A DNA stretch of 64,000 bases from a candidate division WOR-3 bacterium (GTDB lineage: Bacteria > Hydrothermota > 32-111), in assembly GCA_037481815.1 (NCBI GenBank), contig JBBFKX010000003.1, forward strand, positions 128,001-192,000, written 5' to 3'. The notes beneath the pieces are model-generated. The model saw only the letters and a program-made list of their open reading frames with translations, had not been told where the DNA came from and did not search any database. Both the position numbers and the translations under genes were made by a program. Of the stretch, positions 10,541 through 21,140 are shown piece after piece (positions within the stretch are counted from its first letter, which is position 1; each line of letters opens with the position of its first letter).

Positions 10541-10549
10541 AAAAACTCC

Positions 10550-11305
10550 TTATCCAAAAATTCCTGTTATATATTCTTCAGTTCTTTTATTTTCTGGTGC
10601 TGTAAACATCTTTTTTGTTTCTCCAAATTCCACGATCTCTCCAAGATATATAAAAAGTGTGTAATCTGAAACTCTACCCGCCTGTGCTATATTGTGAGTC
10701 ACAATTATTATTGTAAGTTTTTCTTTTAAAACTTCAAGCAATTCTTCTATTTTCTGTGTTGATTTTGGATCGAGTGCTGAAGTTGGTTCATCTAAGAGTA
10801 GAACTTCAGGATCATTTGCAAGAGCCCTTGCAATACACAACCTCTGTTGTTGTCCACCTGAAAGAGAAAGCGCACTATCGAACAACCTATCTTTAACCTC
10901 ATCGTAAAGCCATACATCTTTTAAACTTTTAACAACTTTTTGATCGAGAAAAGACTTATCTTTTATACCTTTAACTTTCAATCCAAAAGCAACATTTTCA
11001 TATATTGAAAAAGGAAATGGGTTCGGTTTTTGAAACACCATCCCTATCTTTGTTCTCAAGAGTGAAAGATCAACATTTTTATCGTTGATGTTCATCCCAT
11101 CAAAGATTATTTTTCCTTCAACCTTTGCGTTATAAAAATCGTTCATCCTGTTGAATGATCTTATAAGTGTTGATTTACCGCATCCAGAGGGACCAATGAT
11201 GGCAGTAACTTTTTTTTCATAAATTGAAAGGTTTATATTTTTAAGGACCTGTTTATCATTGAAATAAAGGTTAAAGTTTTCGACTTTGATTTTTTCGTTT
11301 ACCAT
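10550..11305 (-). CDS. pstB: Phosphate ABC transporter ATPase
   Basis: [47 protein letters not shown]. Confidence 0.96.
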   Translation of the reverse strand: MVNEKIKVENFNLYFNDKQVLKNINLSIYEKKVTAIIGPSGCGKSTLIRSFNRMNDFYNAKVEGKIIFDGMNINDKNVDLSLLRTKIGMVFQKPNPFPFSIYENVAFGLKVKGIKDKSFLDQKVVKSLKDVWLYDEVKDRLFDSALSLSGGQQQRLCIARALANDPEVLLLDEPTSALDPKSTQKIEELLEVLKEKLTIIIVTHNIAQAGRVSDYTLFIYLGEIVEFGETKKMFTAPENKRTEEYITGIFG

Positions 11306-12147
11306 TTTCTCTGCCTCCTGAGTCTCTGTCTTATAAGTATCGCTGAAAGGTTCAAAATCAGCACAAGAAGTAGTAGAACAAACGCTGATTTATATGCTAT
11401 AGGAACCTGTTTTTCAGGTGAAACACCCTCTGTTACAAGACCATATATATGATAGGGAATAGCCATAACTTCACTTGAAAGTGATTTTGGCAACTTCCTT
11501 GAATATAAAGTTGCAGCCGTAAACATTATCGGTGCCGTTTCCCCTGCTATTCTACCAACACTGAGTATTAAAGATGTCAGAATGTTTGGAAAAGCGACCG
11601 GAATGGAAATCTTATAAATCGTCTCAAATTTTGAACAACCAAGCGAATACGCTGCCTCTTTAAAAGTTATTGGAACACTTTTCAAGGACTCTTCTACAGA
11701 TTTTATTATTATCGGTAAAGATAAAATTGCAAGTGTTAAACTTCCCGACAAAAGTGATACTTCAAGAGAAAATTTTATTACAAAAAATGATAATCCGAAA
11801 AGTCCAAAAATGATAGATGGAATGCCGGAAAGTGTTGTTATAGAGGTTTTCAAAAGGTCAACCAGAAATTTTGGTTTACCATATTCTGCTAAATAAACTG
11901 CTGTTATAACACCAACAGGAAAAGAAAAAATTGTTGAAAGTATTGTAAGATAAAATGTTCCAACTATTGCAGGGAATATACCACCTTCAGTCATTCCATT
12001 TTTTGGAAATGTAAACAAAAAATCTGGTAAAATACCTCTGTATCCATTTTTAAAAATAGGAACAAGAAAAATAAGCAGTGAAGAGATTGTTAAAATTGTT
12101 GTAATATATATAAGTATCTCAAAACCTTTTTCTTTGATTTTTTTCAT
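11299..12147 (-). CDS. pstA: Phosphate ABC transporter permease
   Basis: [34 protein letters not shown]. Confidence 0.93.
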   Translation of the reverse strand: MKKIKEKGFEILIYITTILTISSLLIFLVPIFKNGYRGILPDFLFTFPKNGMTEGGIFPAIVGTFYLTILSTIFSFPVGVITAVYLAEYGKPKFLVDLLKTSITTLSGIPSIIFGLFGLSFFVIKFSLEVSLLSGSLTLAILSLPIIIKSVEESLKSVPITFKEAAYSLGCSKFETIYKISIPVAFPNILTSLILSVGRIAGETAPIMFTAATLYSRKLPKSLSSEVMAIPYHIYGLVTEGVSPEKQVPIAYKSAFVLLLLVLILNLSAILIRQRLRRQRKW

Positions 12148-12148
12148 T

Positions 12149-13024
12149 CTATTCTCTTTTTAAATTTTTTATGAATCGATTCGATATCAATGTTAAGATA
12201 AGTGTTAAAAATAAAAGAACAAGTGCTATACCGTAGAGAACATAAAAGTGTGTTGTCCCAACCGCTGTTTCTCCCATCTCAGCGGCGATCGTTGATGTTA
12301 AAGGTCTTACTGGAGAAAAAATCGAATTTGGGAAATTCATCGCACCACCTGCTACCATAAGAACTATCATCGTTTCACCTATTGATCTGCCAATTCCCAA
12401 AAGGAGCGCTGAGATAAGCGCTCCTTTTGTATAAGGTATAACAACTCTTGTAATAGTATCAAATTTTGTTCCACCAAGGGCATATGATGCCTCTTTTAAA
12501 GTTGATGGAACAGTTGAGAGTGCATCTTCAGTTAAACTTGAAATTATCGGTATGATTACTATACCGAGTATAAATGATGCGGTGAAAAGGTTTAACCCCG
12601 TTGGAATATTAAAGAATCTCCTTATGAATGGTCCGATGAAAACTATTCCGATAAATCCAAAGATCACAGATGGTATCGAAGACAAAATTTCGATGAAGGG
12701 CTTTAAAATTTCTTTTGTTTTCAAATTGGCATACTCTGAAAGAAAAATTGCAGAACCAACGCCAAGGGGTAAACCAACAAGTATAGATCCCAAAGTCACA
12801 AATATAGAGGAAACTATAAAATTGAATATCCCAAACGATGGAGGATCCATCGTGGGATAATATTTTCTTCCAAAAATGAAGTTTGTAAATCCAACCTCTT
12901 TGAAAGCGATATAACCTTTCGAAAAAATGTCATAAACTATCAAAGCAAGAATAACAAGAGAGATCAAAGAGATGCTGTGTATTAAAAATGTTGCAAAACC
13001 ATCTCTTATTTTTCTTTTTTCCAT
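12149..13024 (-). CDS. pstC: Phosphate ABC transporter permease
   Basis: AIFLSEY, IPSVIFG, GRSIGETMIVLMVAG, LTSTIAAE. Confidence 0.93.
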   Translation of the reverse strand: MEKRKIRDGFATFLIHSISLISLVILALIVYDIFSKGYIAFKEVGFTNFIFGRKYYPTMDPPSFGIFNFIVSSIFVTLGSILVGLPLGVGSAIFLSEYANLKTKEILKPFIEILSSIPSVIFGFIGIVFIGPFIRRFFNIPTGLNLFTASFILGIVIIPIISSLTEDALSTVPSTLKEASYALGGTKFDTITRVVIPYTKGALISALLLGIGRSIGETMIVLMVAGGAMNFPNSIFSPVRPLTSTIAAEMGETAVGTTHFYVLYGIALVLLFLTLILTLISNRFIKNLKRE

Positions 13025-13025
13025 A

Positions 13026-13835
13026 TTACCTCAAAGGTATGTAACCTGTTTCCTCAACTATTTTTTGACCTTCATCTGAAAGGATGAATTCTATAAACTT
13101 TCCGATATTTCCTTTTGGTTTACCGTTTGTATAAAGATACAAACTCCTTGCAATTTTGTATGTTTTGTTGTTAACACTCTCTTTGGAAGGATAAACTCCT
13201 TCAATTTTGAGTGCTTTTACACTCTCATTAACAAAACCGATTCCAAGATAACCTATTGCACCAGGGGTATCCTTTACAGTTGATAGAACCGCATTGTTTG
13301 AAGCAAGAAGCAGAGCATCCTCTCTATATTTTGTGTTCTCAAGAACCTTCTCGTTAAAAACTTCAAATGTACCTGATGAAACATCTCTTGAAACAACAAC
13401 TATTGACATATCCTTTCCACCCAACTCTTTCCAGTTTCTTATTTTTCCAGTATAAATATCTTTTAATGTCTTCAAATTAATTTCCGAAACAGGATTTGAA
13501 GGGTGAACAACTATCGAAAGTGCATCGTTTGCAATTACCGTTTCATAAATATTTATTCCATTCTCTTTTGCCTGATAGATCTCTTTCTCTTTAATTTTTC
13601 TGGACGAATTTGCAATGTCAACTTTTCCCTCTATAAGGTTTGAAATCCCAACACCACTTCCACCACCTCTTACAGTTATGTTTATTGAAGGATTTTTATC
13701 CATAAACACTTCAGATGCTTTTTGAACGATTGGGAAAACCGTTGTTGAGCCAGACACTGTTATCTCATTATTTTTTGGAAAAACAGAAAGAAATGATATT
13801 AAACAGATTAAAATTAAAGTAAATATTTTTTTCAT
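13026..13835 (-). CDS. pstS: Phosphate ABC transporter substrate-binding protein
   Basis: Signal peptide, SGSTTV, GGGSGVG, DIANSSR, SRDVSSGT. Confidence 0.93.
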   Translation of the reverse strand: MKKIFTLILICLISFLSVFPKNNEITVSGSTTVFPIVQKASEVFMDKNPSINITVRGGGSGVGISNLIEGKVDIANSSRKIKEKEIYQAKENGINIYETVIANDALSIVVHPSNPVSEINLKTLKDIYTGKIRNWKELGGKDMSIVVVSRDVSSGTFEVFNEKVLENTKYREDALLLASNNAVLSTVKDTPGAIGYLGIGFVNESVKALKIEGVYPSKESVNNKTYKIARSLYLYTNGKPKGNIGKFIEFILSDEGQKIVEETGYIPLR

Positions 13836-13845
13836 CTTTCACCTC

Positions 13846-14877
13846 CTATTGTATCGTGTTTGAAAATTTCCATTTCATCTGGAAAACCATACCATTCAGA
13901 TCAACTTTTGTTGTATCCTCATACATAGTTCTATCGTATGATAGTTGCATTATAATACCATTATCTTTAAAGAAATTTAAATTTGTTCCAGCGATAATTC
14001 TTTGATGGCTATCATTATCATTATCAACATTTTTATCCCAGTTATCATATCTGACAATAAATTCTAATGGTATATTCATAAGATTCTTTGCATTTATCAG
14101 ACCTATTCCAGAATATCCATTTCCTTCTACACTATCAATTTTGTTTGAAACATATTCAAACGATAAAGATAAGAAATTATAATTAAACTTTACAAGTCCC
14201 ACATAAGCCATTCTTAAACTGTCTGAAATCAACGTATCAACACTTTCCGGTGAAAGGAGAGTTTTATTTTCATATAGAATTGAACCACCCAATGTCAGAC
14301 CGGCAAATGGAACAACTCTGAGATTTGCAAGAAACGCAGGATTAAGATCAACAGAAGAATCGGTTTTTTTATAACCTTCACCATTCATAACAGAAAGTGC
14401 ATAAAAACCAAAACCACCTGGGAACAGACCGTTGAATGAAACACCATAATCTGCTGAGTTTACTACCTTTTCTTTATCACTCAACTCTGTTTCATAGACC
14501 GGATATTCGTAATCGTAAATAGTACCAAAAAAATTCTTTATCAAACCAAAATTTATATTGCTATTTTTTAATGGAAGATTTGAAAAATCAAGATATGCAT
14601 ATTTTAAACGAACAGATGCTCCTTCAACTCCATCTTTTAATGAAACAAAATCAAGTGTGAATCTTCCCTTTATATCATCTCTAAACTTTGGTTCAACTGT
14701 GAAATAACCTCTTGGAGAGTAAATCTGATTTTTGGTTAAAACGAATTCATTTTCATTTTCAAACGTTGCATGGTATCTACTCCAGATTTCAAAACCGTAT
14801 TTGGTCTCTCCAGCAAAAATAGTAGAAAAAATCAGTGTGAGCAAAAATAAAAGGGATAATTTTTTTAATTTCATCAT
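13846..14877 (-). CDS. Outer-membrane beta-barrel, probable phosphate porin
   Basis: Signal peptide, RLKYAYLDF, NGEG, amphipathic strands; first gene of the pst operon. Confidence 0.65.
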   Translation of the reverse strand: MMKLKKLSLLFLLTLIFSTIFAGETKYGFEIWSRYHATFENENEFVLTKNQIYSPRGYFTVEPKFRDDIKGRFTLDFVSLKDGVEGASVRLKYAYLDFSNLPLKNSNINFGLIKNFFGTIYDYEYPVYETELSDKEKVVNSADYGVSFNGLFPGGFGFYALSVMNGEGYKKTDSSVDLNPAFLANLRVVPFAGLTLGGSILYENKTLLSPESVDTLISDSLRMAYVGLVKFNYNFLSLSFEYVSNKIDSVEGNGYSGIGLINAKNLMNIPLEFIVRYDNWDKNVDNDNDSHQRIIAGTNLNFFKDNGIIMQLSYDRTMYEDTTKVDLNGMVFQMKWKFSNTIQ

Positions 14878-14919
14878 ACCTCCTTTTTGTTATTTTTCAA
14901 ATGGAATATAAAACACAAT

Positions 14920-14947
14920 TGTTAATTTTCTGTTAAGATTGTGTTAA
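14920..14947 (-). promoter_or_regulatory. Pho box (three TTAACA direct repeats, 11-bp period)
   Basis: Minus strand TTAACA-caatc-TTAACA-gaaaa-TTAACA followed by TATATT -10, upstream of porin-pstSCAB-phoU. Confidence 0.8.
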
Positions 14948-14949
14948 AT

Positions 14950-16011
14950 TTATTTTCTCGATTTATACAGAAGAAAGATACTTACAAACAAAAAGAAAAA
15001 ATTTGGATAGAGAAATATTAAAAAAGGATTCCCTTCCCCATTCGAAGCAGCGGATCTAAATCCCTGCAGTACTCCCCAGTATAAAAATGAAAGGAGTATG
15101 CTTATTGAAAGTCCAAAAATTATTCCGGTGTTTTTTGTGTTTACAACAAAACTTGCAGATATTATGGATATAATAATGTTGATAAATAAAAAGTAAAACC
15201 TATACGAAATTTCTGTCTCCTGTTTTGATGGATCACCTTTACTTTTTAAAATTCTGTTCCTTATTTTCAAAAGTTCAGAAATCTTATAAATTTCAACATT
15301 TTCTCTATCAAATACCATCTCATCAGGTTTAGTATTCAAAATATCGTACATTTCTCTATTTTCAAACATTTCAAAACTATTGTTTTCAAGATCATAAACC
15401 TGGCAACTCTCAAATATCCATTTTCCACCACGAAAGATTCCTTTTTTTGCTTTTATATAGATCTTCAAACCTGTTTTATCATCAGTTTTAAAAATTTCTG
15501 GATTTCTAATAAGCATATTTTTTACTGAAAAATACTCTCCTTTTAAGATTGTTTTTTCATCCTGTACAAATATAAAATCCTCTCTGTTGATCTGACTAAA
15601 TTCTTTTGATTCCTTTATCTCTTTATATCTTTTTGTTGAATATGTTTCTACATTCTCTTTTAAAAAGAATTGTATAAATGACAATATTATGACCAAAAAA
15701 AATAATGGCAGTAAAAATCTGTAAACCGAGATCCCACTTGCTTTTATTGCCAAAAGTTCATTATTTTTTATCATGAATCCAACGGTTATAAAAATCGAAA
15801 CAAGAATACCAAGAGGAAAAAGAAGAGTAAGAAGTGAAGGTATGTAAAAAAGGTAGAGAAAAAATATTTCTTTTAAAGTTTTTCCAGATTGAATGTAACC
15901 TGAAAGATTATCAGAAATATCAACTACTAAAAATATGAAAATGAAAAGAAACAGAACTATAAACAAAAACAAAACAAAATTCTTTAAGAGGTATCTATCA
16001 AGTATCTTCAT
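14950..16011 (-). CDS. lptG: LPS export permease LptG (LptF/LptG family)
   Basis: MKILDRYLLK, NELLAIKASGIS, 3+3 TM topology. Confidence 0.8.
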   Translation of the reverse strand: MKILDRYLLKNFVLFLFIVLFLFIFIFLVVDISDNLSGYIQSGKTLKEIFFLYLFYIPSLLTLLFPLGILVSIFITVGFMIKNNELLAIKASGISVYRFLLPLFFLVIILSFIQFFLKENVETYSTKRYKEIKESKEFSQINREDFIFVQDEKTILKGEYFSVKNMLIRNPEIFKTDDKTGLKIYIKAKKGIFRGGKWIFESCQVYDLENNSFEMFENREMYDILNTKPDEMVFDRENVEIYKISELLKIRNRILKSKGDPSKQETEISYRFYFLFINIIISIISASFVVNTKNTGIIFGLSISILLSFLYWGVLQGFRSAASNGEGNPFLIFLYPNFFFLFVSIFLLYKSRK

Positions 16012-17138
16012 TTTTTAAAAACCTTTGAATCTCTTAAAATAAAATAAAAACAAAAAAATAAGGTTAAAAAGTTTGGAAACCAGATCGTTATCGCTGGATT
16101 TAAAAATCCGTTATCAGATATTTGTTCCCCAAGAACAAGCAGAACATAATAGAATACGAAAAGCATCGTAGAAATCGCAAAACCTATTGCAAGTGAGGAT
16201 CGTTTGAGCCTTATACCGATTATTCCACCGAGCAAAACAAAAGCGAACACTCCAAAAGATATTGAAAACTTTTTATGTATCTCAACAAGATATCTGTAAA
16301 CAGATTTTTTTCGCCTGATATCATAATCTCTTCCATTTTTGTTCTCATAACTTTTATTTAAATTTTTTATACTTTCGATAAGCATTTTAACACTCATCTC
16401 TCGATCACCTCTTACATCAAACCCTCCCTCAACTATATCTCCTGAAATTTTGATGCTTTGAACAAAAGTGGAAAAAGAACTCTTTTTGTATTTACCATCG
16501 GAAACGATTTCAAAAATTTCTCCATTTTTCATATACACCGAGATTTTATTTGCACCCTTTAACATTGAGATATGACCGCTGTCCGCTTTTATAAAAATTT
16601 TATCCTTTATGATATTACAACACGAGAACGAGTTATCTTTTCTTATATCATCAAAATAAAAGTAAACTTCATTATCATAACTTTTTTTGAATATTCCCTT
16701 TTCAACACTAACAGCAGGTCTGAGATTCAATATCTGTATAAACAACTGTTTTACTTTATGGTTTGAATAGGGAACCACAATATCCGATATCAGGAAGGTC
16801 AAAACAAAAAGTATCACTGAAAAAAAAGTTAAATTGAATATGAATCTATAAGGATTTATTCCAGATGATTTTAATGCTGTTATCTCAAGATCTGAAGACA
16901 TTCTACCAAAAGTCATGATCGTTGATACGAGAACAGACATGGGTATAGATAAAAATATTATGAATGGAAGATTATAAATGAAGAGTTTTAAAACTATCAA
17001 AAATGGGATGCCCTTTCCTATCAAAAGGTTCACGAGTTCAAAGACCCTGTTCACAAGGAGAACAAAAATTATTAAAGACAGCGCAAGCAAAAATGACGGG
17101 AAAAAATCTTTTAAAATCATTCTATCGATAATTTTCAT
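16008..17138 (-). CDS. lptF: LPS export permease LptF (LptF/LptG family)
   Basis: MTFGRMSSDLEITALKSSGI, VEIHKKFS, W.PN. Confidence 0.82.
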   Translation of the reverse strand: MKIIDRMILKDFFPSFLLALSLIIFVLLVNRVFELVNLLIGKGIPFLIVLKLFIYNLPFIIFLSIPMSVLVSTIMTFGRMSSDLEITALKSSGINPYRFIFNLTFFSVILFVLTFLISDIVVPYSNHKVKQLFIQILNLRPAVSVEKGIFKKSYDNEVYFYFDDIRKDNSFSCCNIIKDKIFIKADSGHISMLKGANKISVYMKNGEIFEIVSDGKYKKSSFSTFVQSIKISGDIVEGGFDVRGDREMSVKMLIESIKNLNKSYENKNGRDYDIRRKKSVYRYLVEIHKKFSISFGVFAFVLLGGIIGIRLKRSSLAIGFAISTMLFVFYYVLLVLGEQISDNGFLNPAITIWFPNFLTLFFCFYFILRDSKVFKK

Positions 17139-17176
17139 AACAAATATAATATCTTAAAAATTCTTCAAGTAAACAA

Positions 17177-17776
17177 TCATCTAAATATTTCAGGCCTTTT
17201 TTCTTTGTAACTATAATAGGATTCCTTTGAAAGTATCACATGATCGTATACTTCTATTCCAAGTATCTTTCCCGCTTCTATAAGACGTGTTGTCACAAGA
17301 TCATCTTCATCCGATGGTTCAACATTGCTTGAGGGGTGGTTATGAACAACTATGATTCCACATGCTCTATCCACAATAGGATCAGAAAAAACCTCTCTTG
17401 GATGAACGAATGTTGTGTTAAGGGTTCCAATAAAAACGGTTCTTTTCTGTATAACTTTCATCGAGGAATCCAAACTGATAACTATAAAATTTTCCTGTCG
17501 CCTTTTTGAAATCTCTTTCAACAATAAGAACACATCTTTTGGTGATGTGATCCTTTTTTCCTTTTCCCTCAATCTCCTGAACAGTTCAAAAATCGAACAC
17601 ATTCTCACTCTATCATCGTTCTCAAGTTCAATGAAAGAATCGTTTGAAACTTCAGGGAAATCTGTGTAGATCTTTTCGACAGTTTTCACAAGAGTATCCT
17701 CTTTATAGTTTTTCTTTAAAATATTTTTTAAAATTTCAACATCTTTCAAATTTCTATATTCGATATTTTCTCCCAT
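17177..17776 (-). CDS. radC: RadC-family JAB domain protein
   Basis: IGTLNTTFVHPREVF, VHNHPS..EPSDED, DHVI. Confidence 0.9.
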   Translation of the reverse strand: MGENIEYRNLKDVEILKNILKKNYKEDTLVKTVEKIYTDFPEVSNDSFIELENDDRVRMCSIFELFRRLREKEKRITSPKDVFLLLKEISKRRQENFIVISLDSSMKVIQKRTVFIGTLNTTFVHPREVFSDPIVDRACGIIVVHNHPSSNVEPSDEDDLVTTRLIEAGKILGIEVYDHVILSKESYYSYKEKRPEIFR

Positions 17777-17787
17777 AGTTCCCCTCC

Positions 17788-18600
17788 TTAAAAAATTTTT
17801 TTTACTTCATAGTCGAAACCTTTTTCAAACAGATCTTTTTCAATAAAAAATCTTTTCAAGTTCTCTTTTACACTTTTCTCAATTTTCTCTTCTGTTCCCC
17901 TGTAAAAAGATATTTCCAGTTTTTTATCACCAGATAGTTTTACATTAAAAACACCTTCAACATTTTTTTCCAAAAACTTTTCAAAGCACTTCACAGGATA
18001 TGCATATTTTTTTGCACTCCTTGTTTCAAAAATCGTAAATCTTTCAAGAGAATAATAAGGAAACGAGAATATCTCAAATCGATCATATTCTCCCTTTTTA
18101 AGGAAATACATCTTGAAACGTTCATCCTGATATACATAAAGATTGATAAAAGTTTCAAGATTTTTTAGAAAATCTTTTTTTATAAAACAGTTACCTTTAT
18201 AGTCCATAAAATAGAACCTTTCCACATAGGGATTTTCTGGATAAACAAAAGAGTTGAAAGCAGACCTGTATAGAGATATCTCATCTATGTCATCAACAAA
18301 AAATGGAATAACTATATCGGTTCTATATTTGAAAAAAACCTCAAGTGGAGATAACCTTTTAAAAAACTCTCTATCACCCAGAATTATGTTGTAAGGTTTT
18401 GACAGAAAAATTTCAACAATCTTTTTGTTAGGGATTTTTTCATCAAAAAAATTTATTTCAAAATTTTTATTCACTCTTTTAAAATCTTCAAAATCACTAA
18501 AAACTATCACAGATCTTTTTCTTTTCTTCATATAATCTGGATACACATTTTTTTCTATAATCTTTTTAATATTTTCAAAAAATTTTTCAAACTCTTTCAT
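17788..18600 (-). CDS. Hypothetical protein
   Basis: Open frame; start placed at ATG 18600, which overlaps the upstream gene's 3' end. Confidence 0.6.
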   Translation of the reverse strand: MKEFEKFFENIKKIIEKNVYPDYMKKRKRSVIVFSDFEDFKRVNKNFEINFFDEKIPNKKIVEIFLSKPYNIILGDREFFKRLSPLEVFFKYRTDIVIPFFVDDIDEISLYRSAFNSFVYPENPYVERFYFMDYKGNCFIKKDFLKNLETFINLYVYQDERFKMYFLKKGEYDRFEIFSFPYYSLERFTIFETRSAKKYAYPVKCFEKFLEKNVEGVFNVKLSGDKKLEISFYRGTEEKIEKSVKENLKRFFIEKDLFEKGFDYEVKKIF

Positions 18601-19906
18601 AATACTTTTTTGTCTCTCTGTTGAAACTTCTGATAAGATTTTTAAGACCCTGAATCTCCTCTTCCGAGTACTTATAGTAAGATGAAAAAACACTTTTGTT
18701 TGTAAGAAGTGGATCTTTTATGATTTCTTCATATCTCTTATAAAAATCGGTTCTTGGAACAGGTGTAAACTCGTTCAAAACAATCCTCACTCTCTTTTCT
18801 TTTAAAAATTTTGCTGTTCGAATAACATCCTCCAAATTTTCATTCGGAAGTCCCACGAGTATATAACAAAAAATTTTTCTTCCATCAAAACCGTTTTTCA
18901 ATAACAGATTCAAAGCATTTTCGATCTCATCAAGGTTTGTTTTATTTCCGGTCTTTGAAAGAATATCTTCCGATATTGTTTCTATTGAAAGTGATATCAT
19001 TCCAAGATTTATTTTTTTAAAAATTTCAAGAACATCATCTTCTATAAACCTCACATGCAAACCGTTTGAGAAATTGAATCTGAAACTATATTTTTTATCT
19101 ATTATTTTTTCAAAGAGAGGTAAGAAATGTTTATCTTTTCTAAAAAGTAAAGCATCGTCATAAAATGTGATATCTTTAACTTTCAACCTTTCGAGAAGAT
19201 CGAGTTGAGATAATATGTTATCAAAAGGTAAACATGAAAAATTTTTATAGAGAACGGAAACAGCACAATAACTACATCTATAAGGGCATCCCCTTTGAGT
19301 TAAAACCGCTGCTGATTCGAGTTCAGGATAAAGATCGTATGCCGGAATAAGTTCTTCAAGTGAAAAGTTTTTTTTCATTTTTATATCAGTATTATCTATT
19401 AGAAACTGGTATAGCCCATCAACATCGGAACTGAAAATATATGATGCACCAAGTTCTTTTGCATGTTCAGGTAAAAGTTTTGCATAGACACCACCAACTA
19501 TTATTTTTGTTTTCGGATCTTTTTCTTTAACACTTTCGATCACCTCTTTTACACCTTCATACCAGTATGTCATCATCGATGTGATAAAAACATAATCATA
19601 ATTTTTCTTTGAGATAAACTCTAAAAATTTATCTTTTGAAACACCATATCTATAATATGGTCTTTTGAACCATTCAAAAATTTCATTTTTTTTCACTTTT
19701 TCTTTTTTGAACTTTCCTGTTGAAAAGAATTTACTTTTGTATTTTTTTTCTAGAAAAATAGACTTTCTATCCATAAAATCAAAATAGTCAAAATCGATAC
19801 TATTCTCTCTCAAAAATGATGCAACATACAAAAGTCCAAGAGGTTTTAACCAGTAATCGTAACAGGTAAAATCATATATTGGGGGATTTACCAAGAGTAT
19901 TTGCAT
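18587..19906 (-). CDS. B12-binding radical SAM protein
   Basis: ILLVNP...KPLGLLYVAS, IIVGGVYA, RGCPYRCSYC CxxxCxxC motif, FYDD. Confidence 0.9.
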   Translation of the reverse strand: MQILLVNPPIYDFTCYDYWLKPLGLLYVASFLRENSIDFDYFDFMDRKSIFLEKKYKSKFFSTGKFKKEKVKKNEIFEWFKRPYYRYGVSKDKFLEFISKKNYDYVFITSMMTYWYEGVKEVIESVKEKDPKTKIIVGGVYAKLLPEHAKELGASYIFSSDVDGLYQFLIDNTDIKMKKNFSLEELIPAYDLYPELESAAVLTQRGCPYRCSYCAVSVLYKNFSCLPFDNILSQLDLLERLKVKDITFYDDALLFRKDKHFLPLFEKIIDKKYSFRFNFSNGLHVRFIEDDVLEIFKKINLGMISLSIETISEDILSKTGNKTNLDEIENALNLLLKNGFDGRKIFCYILVGLPNENLEDVIRTAKFLKEKRVRIVLNEFTPVPRTDFYKRYEEIIKDPLLTNKSVFSSYYKYSEEEIQGLKNLIRSFNRETKKYYERV

Positions 19907-21140
19907 ATTTGAAGATAAAATCACTCTTTGAAAACATTGAAGGGAAATTTTTATAGGATTTTATTCCAAGGATCAGAGTTCTAATGTTGTCAACATAGGT
20001 TAAATAGTTCTCCAATTTTGCAGGATCTATCGAAACATTTTTCTCATTTTTAATTTTTAAAGGATTTATAAACTTGTCATTTTTTTTCACCGCAAAATGG
20101 AGATGGTATCCGGTTGCATAACCTGTTTTTCCAACATAACCGATAACTTCACCCTGTTTCACAAACTTTCCAACCTTAACATTTTTTGAATAAGAATGAA
20201 GATGACAGTACTCACTCTGATACCCATTTTCATGATCAATTTTTATCGTCTTTCCACCGATATAGTTGTATCCAACAAAAATTATATAACCATCAGACGC
20301 AGCGTACACTGGAGTTTTCTTTGGAGCAGAATAATCAACAGCATAGTGGGGAATGTATCTTTTCAAAATCGGATGATATCTTTTCGAAGTGAAAGTGGAC
20401 GATATTCTGTAATAGGTTGCAAGAGGTGATTTTAAAAATCTTCCTTCAAGAGAGTTACCATTCTGATCGTAATAGATCTTACCATTTCCATCATCGTACA
20501 AAAAAGCTTCATACAGATTCTCATTGTTTTCAAAAGAGGCATACAAAATGTCCCCATACTGATAGAATTCATTGTCTATATATTTTTTTTCAAAAAGTAT
20601 TGTAAATTTATCTCCTTTTTTCACTTCTGAAAAAACATCTATTCTCCAGTCAAAAATCTTGGTAAATTTTAAAGCCAATTTTTCGGTTTCACCTTTTTGT
20701 TTGATAGCGTTCACAATGTTATCCTCAACCTCACCTTCTATAAACTCTATAGAAACAGTCGGTTCATGGCTTAAAACATAAGAATTATATTTAGAGGTGT
20801 ATTCAACGATATATGTTTTTGAAAGATCATTTTTGTATTCAAGTCTTCTGAAATTGAAATTTTCATCAGTAAAAATGAATATCTCATCGTTAATATCTAT
20901 CTTTTTGGGAGGATAAATTTTTGAAAAATATTTTATTATGGAATCGATAACATCGTTTTTAAGATGAGACCTTCTTAAAATCCCAACAAAGGTTTCTCCT
21001 TTTGTAATCTCATATTTTACACCAATATAATCTTTTCTTTGATTTTCAATATCTTTTTTTACCTCACCTTTAAGAAATCTAACATATACAAAAGATGTTA
21101 GCAGAAAAATTAAAAATGACAGATAGAAAATCTTTTTCAA
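19872..21140 (-). CDS. M23 family peptidoglycan endopeptidase (MepM-like)
   Basis: RYHPILK...HYAVDY, YCHL, TGYHLHF; N-terminal anchor. Confidence 0.9.
   Translation of the reverse strand: MKKIFYLSFLIFLLTSFVYVRFLKGEVKKDIENQRKDYIGVKYEITKGETFVGILRRSHLKNDVIDSIIKYFSKIYPPKKIDINDEIFIFTDENFNFRRLEYKNDLSKTYIVEYTSKYNSYVLSHEPTVSIEFIEGEVEDNIVNAIKQKGETEKLALKFTKIFDWRIDVFSEVKKGDKFTILFEKKYIDNEFYQYGDILYASFENNENLYEAFLYDDGNGKIYYDQNGNSLEGRFLKSPLATYYRISSTFTSKRYHPILKRYIPHYAVDYSAPKKTPVYAASDGYIIFVGYNYIGGKTIKIDHENGYQSEYCHLHSYSKNVKVGKFVKQGEVIGYVGKTGYATGYHLHFAVKKNDKFINPLKIKNEKNVSIDPAKLENYLTYVDNIRTLILGIKSYKNFPSMFSKSDFIFKYANTLGKSPNI

Noticed and set aside
17177..17776. radC as a marker of a mobile element
   Set aside because: It ends a chromosomal operon with no integrase, att sites or other MGE genes nearby
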